Shown here piece by piece: positions 34,501-43,105 of a stretch of 43,105 nucleotides of DNA (positions are counted from its first letter, which is position 1; each line of letters starts with the position of its first letter). The notes beneath the pieces were generated by a model. The model saw only the letters and a program-made list of their open reading frames with translations, had not been told where the DNA came from and made no database searches. Made by a program: the position numbers and the translations under genes. The stretch is from positions 1 through 43,105 of the IMG/VR virus record IMGVR_UViG_3300037515_000245; one strand, given 5' to 3'. Source of the DNA: a virus. Lineage: Duplodnaviria; Caudoviricetes.

Positions 34501-35174
34501 ACTCCCCTTAGCGCATACGCCGAAATCAGACTACGGGCGCCTGACTTCTTGAACCCGTCAGCGAAGTCGCAGCCGCCTTTTGCCTCATACAGGAAGGAGG
34601 CGAATTGAAGAACCGCTCGATAAAGCGAGGCGGGGACAACGGAGGCCGCCGAGCCGAAACCGGCGACATATACGATTACTATAGCATTAGTCGGACGAGT
34701 CGCAGTCGGCCACAGTTGTCCGCTTTTCAGCGAAAGCCGGCCAGGCATGCGTTGGGTATCCGTCTGGAAAACAGTATCAACAACAACCACACTGGCGGCG
34801 TCGGCTTCGTCATACGTGGTGACTGAGGTTATGGAGGAAAGGGGGTAGCGGGGGAGATCAAGCCACCGCGCCTGCCCGCTGGTCATTATCGACAACGGCG
34901 CCTGCACAACTCCATCCCACCACGGTTCAACATAGCCGGGCCACGCGTCAAGCGTAAGCTGCCAGGATTGGTTGATGAACGTGAGGCCGGAAAGTTGTTC
35001 GATGTAGTTTGTCGCTTGCGCTACGAGCGCGTCCGCCTCGGTATACGGCAACATCGTGGAGTCGGCCTTTACGAATGCTTGAAGTTGTGCGGCGGTAACG
35101 ACAGCGGTAGTGGCCGCCGTAGTAAGCCGGTGGCCGCGTTCGTAATGATAAGACTGCGCAGGGCGAAAGGCCAT
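34497..35174 (-). CDS. Head-tail connector (gp6-like)
   Basis: A..YIE...G..FINQSW.L.LDAWP...LPR.PL.SITSV...I.YVAGFG..A..VP..L..AVL. Confidence 0.85.
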   Translation of the reverse strand: MAFRPAQSYHYERGHRLTTAATTAVVTAAQLQAFVKADSTMLPYTEADALVAQATNYIEQLSGLTFINQSWQLTLDAWPGYVEPWWDGVVQAPLSIMTSGQARWLDLPRYPLSSITSVTTYDEADAASVVVVDTVFQTDTQRMPGRLSLKSGQLWPTATRPTNAIVIVYVAGFGSAASVVPASLYRAVLQFASFLYEAKGGCDFADGFKKSGARSLISAYALRGV

Positions 35175-35192
35175 GATATGCTCCTTAAGAGG

Positions 35193-35219
35193 GTTGGAGG
35201 CCGATTTCGCGGCCTCCAA
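35193..35219 (-). terminator. Hairpin after decoration gene
   Basis: TTGGAGGCCG/CGGCCTCCAA inverted repeat. Confidence 0.45.
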
Positions 35220-35225
35220 ACTTTA

Positions 35226-35669
35226 TCAAGTCCGGGCGACTGCCGTGCCGATGAACGTAGTCGGCGCATTGTGCGGTTTGCCGAGGATGGCGTAGATCGA
35301 CACATCGGCAGCGGTGCCGGTGGTGCCCGTAATCGAAACGCCAACGTAGCGCTTGCCGCCGAGGTAGCCAATCGCGCCCGCTACTGCATCATCAGCCGTA
35401 TCCGAGGTGACCGCGATAGTCGCGGCGCCGCCGACAGTATCACCAACAGCAACGGTGGTCGCAGCCGCATCGGTAGTATCGGCACTTTCCTGCAACGTGG
35501 CGGTGAAGCCCGAGGCGGTGCCAGCGTCCGTCACAGTGTTGTTCACCATAACGATCGTGCAGCCATCGAAGCCACGCAGGTCTACGTAGGACGAGGTGTC
35601 GGGAGTGGCCCCGGACAATGTAATATTGCCGAGGTGCACCATTTGGGAGGTAGAGATCAGGTCGCGCAT
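35226..35669 (-). CDS. Capsid decoration/cement-like protein
   Basis: Follows MCP; VDL.GF...LQES.D...GYLGGKRYV pattern. Confidence 0.65.
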   Translation of the reverse strand: MRDLISTSQMVHLGNITLSGATPDTSSYVDLRGFDGCTIVMVNNTVTDAGTASGFTATLQESADTTDAAATTVAVGDTVGGAATIAVTSDTADDAVAGAIGYLGGKRYVGVSITGTTGTAADVSIYAILGKPHNAPTTFIGTAVART

Positions 35670-35728
35670 GATTTACTCCTTACGCGTTGGTGTTTCGCCG
35701 GAGGCAGGATCACCCCCGGCGGTAGTTA

Positions 35729-37030
35729 TCAGGCGGTGAACTCGATCAGCTTGAGGGCCTCGAAATTCACAACGTCGCCGCCGACTCGTTTCGTGGTGTA
35801 GAAAAGCACGTGAGGTTTGGCGGTGAAGGGATCGCGGAGCACGCGGATGCCGGTCCGCTCAACGATTTGGTAGGCCGCGGCCATGTCACCGACTGCGATC
35901 GACAGGCTGTCGGTGGCGGGGTCGGGCATATCCTCGAACGAAGCCAGCGGGTAGCCGAGAACTGTCGACGGCTGCCCCACTCCAATGCCCGGCGCCCAAA
36001 GATAAGCGCCGTTGCTGTCTTTCAGTTTCCGTAGCAGCGTCAACGTGGTGCGGTTCATAAACCACGTAGCGTTGGCGCGATACTGGGCCTTGAGGCCGTA
36101 AAGCGCGCTGATCAACACGTCGCCGCCGCTAGGCGCCGCCGCAAACGCGCCATTGACACCAGTATCAAACCGCTCGAGCGTGCCGGGCAGCGTGGTGCCC
36201 GATGCGTAGGTCAGGAAGCCTCGGGGTTTGTTGGTGCCGTCACCAGTGACGAAGGCAGTAGCTTCCGCCCGCGCAAACCGATCGGCAACCTTGTTCGCCA
36301 ACCAAGCTTCGATGTCGATCGACGCATCGTCGAGAAGTTTTTGGGTGGCTTTCGGCATGGCGCTCAGCTCGTGCACCGGAATGCGCCATTGGCCGAATTG
36401 CGGCGTAGTGGTTGCGGAACGCGCGCCAGTTTCGCCCACCCATTCATACCCAGCCTCGCCGAGATCATACATGCCTTCAAGGGCGTCGGTGCTGATCACC
36501 TGCACAGAGGCGTAGGCGCGCATCGGCGAAGTCTCGAATACTTTTTTGACTATGCGGCCCGAGGTATCGGGGGTCACGACAAAGCCACCATCGGGGTCGG
36601 AACCAACCGAGAGCGCCTTCATTTCCTCGGCGCCCATGATCTGGTCGCCTTTGCGCAGATACGAGCCGAACTGCGCCTTATAACCAGCGAGTTCCTTCGC
36701 CCCGAAATCGCTGGCACGAGTGCCACGGCGGCGGGCAGTCTGATCGGCCCATTCGAGCGCTTTCCGGTCAAGGTCAGCCTCGTCGATCGGCTGCCCATCG
36801 AGCGTGATGGATTTCCGGCGATTTGCGGTGTAGAGGGCGTCAATCAGTTCCTGCTTCTTCGACATCTCGGCGTCGATCTTCGCGAGCTTTTCCTCGAGAA
36901 GCGGGTCAACGGCGCCTTTGATCTCTTTCTTCACCATTTCGGCCATAGTGGCTTTGTAGGCCTCGTGGTCCGACTTGATCCCCGCGACGGCAGCCGTAAC
37001 TGCCGCGAGGTCGATGTTTTCACCAGCCAT
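35729..37030 (-). CDS. Major capsid protein, HK97 fold
   Basis: DGGFVV, TQKLLDDA..DIEAWL, AFVTGDG..KPRG, W.MN......LRKLKDSNG.YLW, LRDPF..KP.V.FY..KRVGG. Confidence 0.96.
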   Translation of the reverse strand: MAGENIDLAAVTAAVAGIKSDHEAYKATMAEMVKKEIKGAVDPLLEEKLAKIDAEMSKKQELIDALYTANRRKSITLDGQPIDEADLDRKALEWADQTARRRGTRASDFGAKELAGYKAQFGSYLRKGDQIMGAEEMKALSVGSDPDGGFVVTPDTSGRIVKKVFETSPMRAYASVQVISTDALEGMYDLGEAGYEWVGETGARSATTTPQFGQWRIPVHELSAMPKATQKLLDDASIDIEAWLANKVADRFARAEATAFVTGDGTNKPRGFLTYASGTTLPGTLERFDTGVNGAFAAAPSGGDVLISALYGLKAQYRANATWFMNRTTLTLLRKLKDSNGAYLWAPGIGVGQPSTVLGYPLASFEDMPDPATDSLSIAVGDMAAAYQIVERTGIRVLRDPFTAKPHVLFYTTKRVGGDVVNFEALKLIEFTA

Positions 37031-37685
37031 TTAACGTCTCCTTAAGTTGCTGAATTTCCTTCATCAGCGTTTCCAACTGTTTTTTGCCCTCGGCGTCAAC
37101 CTCGCGTTGATCTGAACTCAGGCGGCGCTTTGCCTCGTCGAAGCCGTAGAGGGCTACGAGTTTAGCGAAATTGCCGGGCACCCCAGCTTTGTGGAGGAGT
37201 TGCTCGACTTCCCGAGGCCCCTGGAGCTGCTTCACGTCAGTCACCAAGGCCTCGGTATTCATAGGGAAGGTCACGACTGATACTTCCCATAAAGTGGCTT
37301 TCAGGATGCGGCGAACGGTTTCGCCGTTAAGCTCCTGGAAATCGTAGTCTTCCGTCTTGTAGCCGATGGAAAGGCCATCGACGGCGCCGCCATGAAGCAG
37401 GGCGTAGACTTCTTTTCCATAGATACTGTCAAGCAGCAGTTTCCCCTCGACCTTCAATCCGTGCTCGTCTTTCGTCATTTTCTGCCAGACGCCGCAGGGT
37501 TGGTTAGGGTTGTGCTGCCAGAGCATCTTCGGCTTTCGCATACCCTCGTTGAAGGACGCGTCAAATGCAGTCGGCATGACAATATCCTTGCCCTGATCGA
37601 CTACGTTGAAGACCGAAGCGTAACCCGAGAAGGTGCCATCTTGCGCCGCAACCTCGAGAGAAAGAGAGAAGTCTTTGTATTCCAT
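37020..37685 (-). CDS. HK97-family prohead protease
   Basis: FSGYASVF..VD...D, MLWQH, GLSIGY, LWEVSVVTFPMN. Confidence 0.92.
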   Translation of the reverse strand: MEYKDFSLSLEVAAQDGTFSGYASVFNVVDQGKDIVMPTAFDASFNEGMRKPKMLWQHNPNQPCGVWQKMTKDEHGLKVEGKLLLDSIYGKEVYALLHGGAVDGLSIGYKTEDYDFQELNGETVRRILKATLWEVSVVTFPMNTEALVTDVKQLQGPREVEQLLHKAGVPGNFAKLVALYGFDEAKRRLSSDQREVDAEGKKQLETLMKEIQQLKETLNGW

Positions 37686-37692
37686 GATCGCC

Positions 37693-38448
37693 TCACTCGA
37701 AGGATTGAACGCAGCGGCAGTTGATAACGTTTCCGGCGGAGCCATTCGGATCACCGGGGAAGTAAAGAGCCTCGACCCCGCCGAACAGCGTAGGCACGAG
37801 GAAAGAGTGGTTTAGCGGCACCGAGTCGCCGTGCATAACGCGGTGGTTGAATTGGCTGATCTTTCCAGAAAGGCCGAAGTCGCGGGTGCGATCGTCGTGG
37901 ACTGAGTGCCAAGTCTTTTTCGTCAGGTGCCCCACGGCCTCGGCGGCCCGCTGACCGGCGTATTGCGTCGCAGCGTGGATTTCAGTTCGCGTGATTAACA
38001 ACCCGCGGAGATCGGCGATGCCGGGGAGCTTGTCGAGGACGGTTTGCATCACAGTAGACTGCGCTTCACCACGCCGCAGGCCGCCGGAGATCAGCGCTTG
38101 GATTTGCTGCTCGGTGGTGTAGTTAATCTGCAACGCAGTTTGGCGCCCGCGCGAAGTAAAGAACTCGTGGATGATGCGCTGAATAACGGCTGTTTCTTCT
38201 GATTTCTTTTCGGCGTGGGTGGTAAAGACAAGTTGCGTGGCTTGCGTAATGGCGTGTGCCCAAAGAGCCTCCAGCGCCGCCACAACACGCTGTTGTTCTA
38301 TCTGCGGCAGGGCCGTGGAGGAACTACCCTGCCGCAGAGACTCGACCAGCGAACTCATGCCTGCCATCAAGGAAGCCGCCAACCCAGGAGCGAAGTCGGC
38401 TTCCAGCACCAGTTGCAGATCAAGGCTTTGCTCAACGAACGGTGCCAT
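37693..38448 (-). CDS. Head morphogenesis protein (Mu gpF / SPP1 gp7-like)
   Basis: ITRTE, KKTW....D.RTR, PGDP......VINCRC. Confidence 0.85.
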   Translation of the reverse strand: MAPFVEQSLDLQLVLEADFAPGLAASLMAGMSSLVESLRQGSSSTALPQIEQQRVVAALEALWAHAITQATQLVFTTHAEKKSEETAVIQRIIHEFFTSRGRQTALQINYTTEQQIQALISGGLRRGEAQSTVMQTVLDKLPGIADLRGLLITRTEIHAATQYAGQRAAEAVGHLTKKTWHSVHDDRTRDFGLSGKISQFNHRVMHGDSVPLNHSFLVPTLFGGVEALYFPGDPNGSAGNVINCRCVQSFE

Positions 38449-39676
38449 AGGCGGCTCCCTTCAATGCGTCGTTGAGCGTTTGTTCGGGATCGGCGCCTTT
38501 CGAGCGCCTGATATCGACCATCAAGGTAGAGCCGAGTGGGTCGGGCATCGGCGGCAACCCTTTAAGCTGCCGACTTTCGTTCAGAGTCAGGTCGTCGGAG
38601 TTGTCCGCGATCTCCCACATCTTGTAGCGCTTCTCGGCGATTGCCTCGATCGAAGCGAGGTCGGGGTGAATTTCCACGTCCCCGAACTGCGGGCTGAGCC
38701 AAGCGTTAAGCTGGTCGAGCATGTAATCGACGAGCGGAAGGATGGTGTCCTCGTAGAAGCCGAGACGCGCCTCGCGGTAGTTAGCGAAGGTGTTGTCGCC
38801 GGGGATGTTTAGGAGGAGGGGCGGAACGCCGAAAGTCAGGGCGATGTTACGTGCGGCGGCGTCGGAGGTCCGCCCCGTCTGCATATCCTCCGGCGACAGT
38901 CCCATCGGTTTCCAGTCGAGCCCACCTTCGAGGAGCATCGGGCGCCCTGCGTTTTTCGCGCCGCTGTATTGGTTCTCGATCTCCGCCTTGAGGCGGTTGA
39001 ACTCATCGTCCGAAAGGGCAGTATCCCCGTCGTAAATGAGGGCGCCGGAAGGTCTGGCACTGTTCTGCAGCAGTGCCTGCGTCCACGCCATCGCCTCGTT
39101 ATGCTGGTCGATGGACATGGCGCCAGCGATGATGGGGGAGAAGCCATACCAGTCATTCGAGGGGTGGAATAGTTTCGTGTGGCAGATATCGCTGGCGCCT
39201 GTTGTTTCGTCAACGGAGAAAAAGACTTTGTTCCCCGCGACAGTGTATTCGTAACCACGGGGAAGCCCGGCGGCGCTCGGCAGAATCGTCATGCGGTCAG
39301 GGCGGAGGGTCCAAAGTTCGCGCGGCGCTCCAGTGCCGTGGACTTTTTCGTCATAGCTGTTTCCCCAGATGTGGAGATAACTGACGCGAGTGCGCCACCA
39401 AGCATTGCCGGACTGCTGCGTATTCGGTCGATTGATGAGGTCGAGGTATTTATGCCCCTTCAACTTTTTGTCGCCGCGCCACGCTTCCCACTGGATGTGA
39501 GAAATCGCGGCGGCGATGCGGTTAATCGCAGAGAAGGCAATGACGTTAAGCTCGTAGCTTTCTCGCGACAGCTTCAGGGGATCGCCCGTGCGCCAAACAG
39601 CCGCCGAGGGGCCGACTTGAAGTGCGAGTGCCCGACTGGCTTTTGTTTCAACGCGGGAGAAAAAGGGGAATTTCAT
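38432..39676 (-). CDS. Portal protein, HK97 family
   Basis: LI.RPN, GNSY, LW.LRPDR, YGFSP, N.ARPSG, LLEGGLDW, FGVPP.LL, TLNE.R. Confidence 0.94.
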   Translation of the reverse strand: MKFPFFSRVETKASRALALQVGPSAAVWRTGDPLKLSRESYELNVIAFSAINRIAAAISHIQWEAWRGDKKLKGHKYLDLINRPNTQQSGNAWWRTRVSYLHIWGNSYDEKVHGTGAPRELWTLRPDRMTILPSAAGLPRGYEYTVAGNKVFFSVDETTGASDICHTKLFHPSNDWYGFSPIIAGAMSIDQHNEAMAWTQALLQNSARPSGALIYDGDTALSDDEFNRLKAEIENQYSGAKNAGRPMLLEGGLDWKPMGLSPEDMQTGRTSDAAARNIALTFGVPPLLLNIPGDNTFANYREARLGFYEDTILPLVDYMLDQLNAWLSPQFGDVEIHPDLASIEAIAEKRYKMWEIADNSDDLTLNESRQLKGLPPMPDPLGSTLMVDIRRSKGADPEQTLNDALKGAAYGTVR

Positions 39677-40908
39677 ATCACACGCAGCCTCGGTTTCGCG
39701 CGAGCGCGGATCAGGGGTTCGACGGCGTAACGGATCGAGTCGATGCCGTGGTTATTGGCGTCCACGAAAACGGGGAGAATATCTTTCGTCAGGCGGTCAA
39801 CTTTGTAGGAGTGAGTCATGAACTCTTTGTAGATGTTCGGGCAGTCCTCGTGGATCATGATCCGGCGGAAGGATTTGAGGAAGGCGATGCCGTCTTCGAC
39901 TGAACCGGGGCCTTTGCGCGCCGCAGTGATGCGGGGGAGGCCTGTCCGCGAAAGATAGCTGATGCTTTCCGGGCGAGCGGAGTCAGCGCGGATAACGTGA
40001 AACGGGGCCTGCGGGATTTCCGTGGCAAGCGCTTGCGCGGTGTCGTCAAGTTCAAGCTTCTTGCGGTAAAGCTCCCGCCGAACGTAGAGAATATCGTCGT
40101 TAATGTAGACCTGCGAGGCCGCCGTAGGGTCTTCCGCGAAACCGAAATCGAGGCCGTGATACGGCCCGTTCCAACTCGGTTCAGGTTCGAACTTCCCGAG
40201 TTCAAACTTGTCTTTGAAAACAAGGGCATCGCTGATGATGAGGAAGTCGCCGTCCCAGACGTGGCCGTAGGTATCGGGCCGATCTTTAAGGTCGTTCAGG
40301 CGGACTGCGTCCAACGTGGAGGGGAACCAGGGGTTGTCTTGCCAGTTAAGCTGAACAATCTTCGAATCCGAGGGAGGATTTTTGCGGAAACGCTTGTGCG
40401 TGGCGGAGTTTTCGTTGCCGGGGTTCCACGTGACCCAGAGTTCTGACTGCCAGCCGGGACCCTCGTCGCGCAGCGTGGGGATGAGGAACTGCCAAGCCGT
40501 CTCACTCACATCCTCGGCCTCATCAACCCAGGCGATGAGGATGCGAGCCTTCGATTTGACGGCTGCGACGTTGTGACGAAGCCCTGAGAAAGCGTAACGG
40601 ATGCGCCCGTCGCGTGAGCGGATGAATTTTTCGCCCACTTCGTAGTATGCGGCAAGCCAGGGCACTTCCGCAATGACCTGCTTTACCTCCTCCATTGAGC
40701 TTTCTTCAAGGGTGACGAGGTGTTCGCGGGCGCAAAGAATGATGCCGGAAACGCCCGCGCGGCCCAACCTGTAGCCCGCGATGGCAGACATTTTGGCGAA
40801 ACTGCGCGTTTTGGCTGAGCCGCGACCGCCGAATGCTCCCCGAACCCGCGCGGGGCCTTGGAATACTGGGATCAGCTTCGGGGGGAGTTCAATCTGAACT
40901 GCGGTCAC
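39673..40908 (-). CDS. terL: Terminase large subunit, PBSX/XtmB-like
   Basis: GGRGSAKT, WVDEA, TWNP, DNPW, GLDFGF..DP, ADSARPE, NHGIDSIRYA. Confidence 0.94.
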   Translation of the reverse strand: MTAVQIELPPKLIPVFQGPARVRGAFGGRGSAKTRSFAKMSAIAGYRLGRAGVSGIILCAREHLVTLEESSMEEVKQVIAEVPWLAAYYEVGEKFIRSRDGRIRYAFSGLRHNVAAVKSKARILIAWVDEAEDVSETAWQFLIPTLRDEGPGWQSELWVTWNPGNENSATHKRFRKNPPSDSKIVQLNWQDNPWFPSTLDAVRLNDLKDRPDTYGHVWDGDFLIISDALVFKDKFELGKFEPEPSWNGPYHGLDFGFAEDPTAASQVYINDDILYVRRELYRKKLELDDTAQALATEIPQAPFHVIRADSARPESISYLSRTGLPRITAARKGPGSVEDGIAFLKSFRRIMIHEDCPNIYKEFMTHSYKVDRLTKDILPVFVDANNHGIDSIRYAVEPLIRARAKPRLRVI

Positions 40909-41410
40909 TCGGGAACACCAGTTCGATCATCGTGGGTAAGTCGTCAGGGCGCTCGGCGCCATTCGAGCGGTCGAGAAGCTCGGTGACGACCTTCAGCAGT
41001 TCGTTGTTGGTGAATTTCGCCGGGTTGTCCTCAAAACGATCACGCAGTTCGATCAGCGCGTCGCGCGACATTCCCGCCATATGCTCGAGAACGGTCGAGA
41101 ACTCCCGCTTTACCTCGTCGCGGTAGAGACCGAGCAAGTCCTGAAAGGCGGGCGAGTTCTTGAGGATCGAGACCCGCGAGATGTCATAGCCCACGATCAT
41201 CGCGGCCTCTCCCTCGGGCGTTCCGGCGGCGAGAAGGCGGGCGAGGGCGTGATGCCTATCAGTGATCTTCTTGATTGGCGCCGGAACACTCGAGGCCGGC
41301 AGCGCCAGCATCGCAATATCCGCCTCGGTCAGTTCCCGCACTACCTCATACTCAACCGGAACCGCGGGCCGCCCTGGCCCTGCGAGGTTATCTATATTGA
41401 GATTGAGCAT
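40889..41410 (-). CDS. Probable terminase small subunit (HTH)
   Basis: Immediately upstream of terL; RHHALARLLAAG...AAMIVGY..SRVSIL HTH-like segment. Confidence 0.65.
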   Translation of the reverse strand: MLNLNIDNLAGPGRPAVPVEYEVVRELTEADIAMLALPASSVPAPIKKITDRHHALARLLAAGTPEGEAAMIVGYDISRVSILKNSPAFQDLLGLYRDEVKREFSTVLEHMAGMSRDALIELRDRFEDNPAKFTNNELLKVVTELLDRSNGAERPDDLPTMIELVFPSDRSSD

Positions 41411-41444
41411 GTATGGTGCCTCGTCCACTTTCCGACCTGGCCAC

Positions 41445-41473
41445 ACTTTACCACAGCCGGGCCGCCGGGTCAA
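41445..41473 (-). promoter_or_regulatory. Sigma70-like promoter for the morphogenesis operon
   Basis: TTGACC-17 bp-TAAAGT with extended TG on the minus strand. Confidence 0.6.
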
Positions 41474-41598
41474 GGCCCTTCGCGCGGCGCCCATACCTCC
41501 ACCATACCGAGAAAGTAAGGAAAAAGAAAAAGTGGATATGGATAAAATATGGCTAGGAAACTAACCCCCACATGAGGGAGGGCCGCCGCCACGCAATC

Positions 41599-41628
41599 GA
41601 CTCGCCCGGATTTTTCGCCGGGCGAGTC
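41599..41628 (-). terminator. Hairpin downstream of 41644-42150 gene
   Basis: GACTCGCCCGG/CCGGGCGAGTC inverted repeat. Confidence 0.55.
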
Positions 41629-41643
41629 AGTTGTGATCACATG

Positions 41644-42150
41644 CTAGATTGCAAGATCCGGCATGGCGGCGTCAAACTCGTCATCATCGGCCTTCGCCTT
41701 GATGGCAAGCGGTTCAACAGTCGCGGCGTGGGCGGTGGCCCACGCAAGAAGGTGCGCGGTCCGGGCAGGCTGGTCGTCCGAAGGAATGGCCTTGTAAGAC
41801 TTGGCCAAGGCGGGCGCCTTGCCCTTCTGCATCAACTTGCGGGCAATGGTGATGCGGTAGGCGTCGAGTGGATCAGCGCTTGCGCTTGCGGCGCCTCGCG
41901 TGCGAATGACTCCCGTTTTGGCGGCCTCGAGGCGCGCGTTCATGGCGGCAAGCGCGTCAAACTCAACGCCCGCGTCACGGGCGATCTTCGCGGCCGAGTT
42001 GACGTTGTCTTGGAACCAGCGGCGCACGCCATAGGCGAAGATAGACTCGAGCGCTTCTGCGGCGAAGTCAGCCGGGGTCACGTCAAGGGCGACGTTCTGC
42101 GCGGTGACGGTAAGCGAAAGGTTAGCGGGGAAGGAATAGGATTTAGACAT
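41644..42150 (-). CDS. Hypothetical Ala-rich protein (MSKSYSFP...), stand-alone transcription unit
   Basis: GGAG RBS, own promoter-like site and hairpin; weak similarity to 8806-9297. Confidence 0.8.
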   Translation of the reverse strand: MSKSYSFPANLSLTVTAQNVALDVTPADFAAEALESIFAYGVRRWFQDNVNSAAKIARDAGVEFDALAAMNARLEAAKTGVIRTRGAASASADPLDAYRITIARKLMQKGKAPALAKSYKAIPSDDQPARTAHLLAWATAHAATVEPLAIKAKADDDEFDAAMPDLAI

Positions 42151-42224
42151 GGTAGGCTCCATTGTATGCCGGGCGTGGTAGCCGGGCGAAAGGGGGTGCG
42201 CACAATTGCGGTCCCTTCCCATTG

Positions 42225-42252
42225 AATATAATGGCGCCGCCGGGATGTTCAA
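42225..42252 (-). promoter_or_regulatory. Sigma70-like promoter
   Basis: TTGAAC-16 bp-TATATT on minus strand; spacer resembles that of the 6885 promoter (CCGGCGGCGCC). Confidence 0.5.
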
Positions 42253-42978
42253 GGGGCTCGGTGGAAATAATTGCGTCCGGGGGCGGATTATTTGTTGGCG
42301 CCACCGGGCGCGTGGGAGGCACCGTGGGCGGCAAGGTCGCGCGGGGGGTGCAACCATACATGACGGTATCGACTAGCGGCATGGGTGACGAAATTCGTTT
42401 TTTGGGTAACTCGGGCTGACCTATTTCTGGTGAGTCGTGCTGCCGAAAAGGGCAAAACGAATGTCAAGTGGAAAGATAGGTCAATACCGGTGACCAACTC
42501 GCCGCAAGTGCGATGCTGCAGTGCGGCAAGGCCAAACACATGCCGAGTCGGGAATGTGTTGCCGCATTACAACCCGACTGTGCCAAAAACCACACAACCC
42601 GAGGCCGTAAACTTTCGGTCGATGTGACCCCGCTGCAACAGCTTGTGGCGATAATGAGCTTTCCCGGAATACCAGCTTTCAACTTACGAGTCCCGTCAGC
42701 GGAGTCAGGCGCCGTCAGCGGAGTCTGGAAGCGGTCGGGGATGCAATCGGTATTGCTCGGTAAGGTGGTAGGGGAGCCGGGGGTTCTGGGAAGAGCGATT
42801 TGTGGCATGTGTTCCGGCGCCGAAGATATGGCTTGTCCCAAAAGGGGTATGACCATACCAACTCGGGATTGTTTAAACACCTGACGAATAGTTGCGGAAG
42901 AAGGAGACGTGGATACCATCCTCCCCCTTATCCCTTCCTTTCCCGTCTGATCTGCCTTTTTTCTTATTAGTTAAAAAT

Positions 42979-43105
42979 TTTTTTTTTTTAAGAAAGTAGG
43001 GCTGGCGAAAGTATGGCTCATCGCAGCCGGAAAGGTATGTCGATTTCGGGTTTTTGTAGATACCCCGACGACCCCAACGCCTTATCGAGCAATAACGATT
43101 GGATA
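42979..43105. repeat. Terminal direct repeat copy 2
   Basis: Identical to 1-127. Confidence 0.9.

Noticed and set aside
42464-42919. 151-aa minus-strand ORF in the large intergenic region
   Set aside because: Ser/Pro/Thr-rich, atypical codon usage, no motifs; cannot be supported though not excluded
1-43105. Lysogeny module
   Set aside because: No integrase, CI-like repressor or ParA recognised; the ParB domain is fused to a methyltransferase

Overview
This window is an apparently complete, circularly assembled ~42,978-bp dsDNA siphovirus genome; bases 1-127 recur at 42979-43105, most likely an assembler k-mer overlap. The host is probably an alphaproteobacterium (inferred from GTA/roseophage-like head, tail and lysis genes). 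The + strand (~240-19,810) carries many small early genes and a replication/recombination arm: NrdR-like Zn-ribbon protein, ATP-dependent ligase, UvrD-like helicase, HIRAN protein, Cas4-like exonuclease with an Ala1 (class 3-type) LAGLIDADG intein, Sak4-like ATPase, SSB-like protein, ParB-methyltransferase fusion, a family A DNA polymerase split into UDG+exonuclease and polymerase genes around a DUF1937-like gene, and a DUF3987-type helicase. The - strand (~42,150-19,955) carries packaging, HK97-type head, siphoviral tail (with a -1 frameshift chaperone), fibre and lysis genes. I recognised no integrase, repressor, primase, tRNA or CRISPR array. Strongest unexplained signals: (1) two type II pseudoknotted hammerhead ribozymes that each begin on a stop codon and bracket one early gene; (2) a 9-mer AGCGGAGTC seen at least 9 times, always on the + strand regardless of gene direction or reading frame; (3) the split UDG-PolA with non-canonical motifs and no visible primase; (4) two unassigned multi-stem, pseudoknot-capable noncoding elements. 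All family assignments come from motif recognition by eye; no searches were run.
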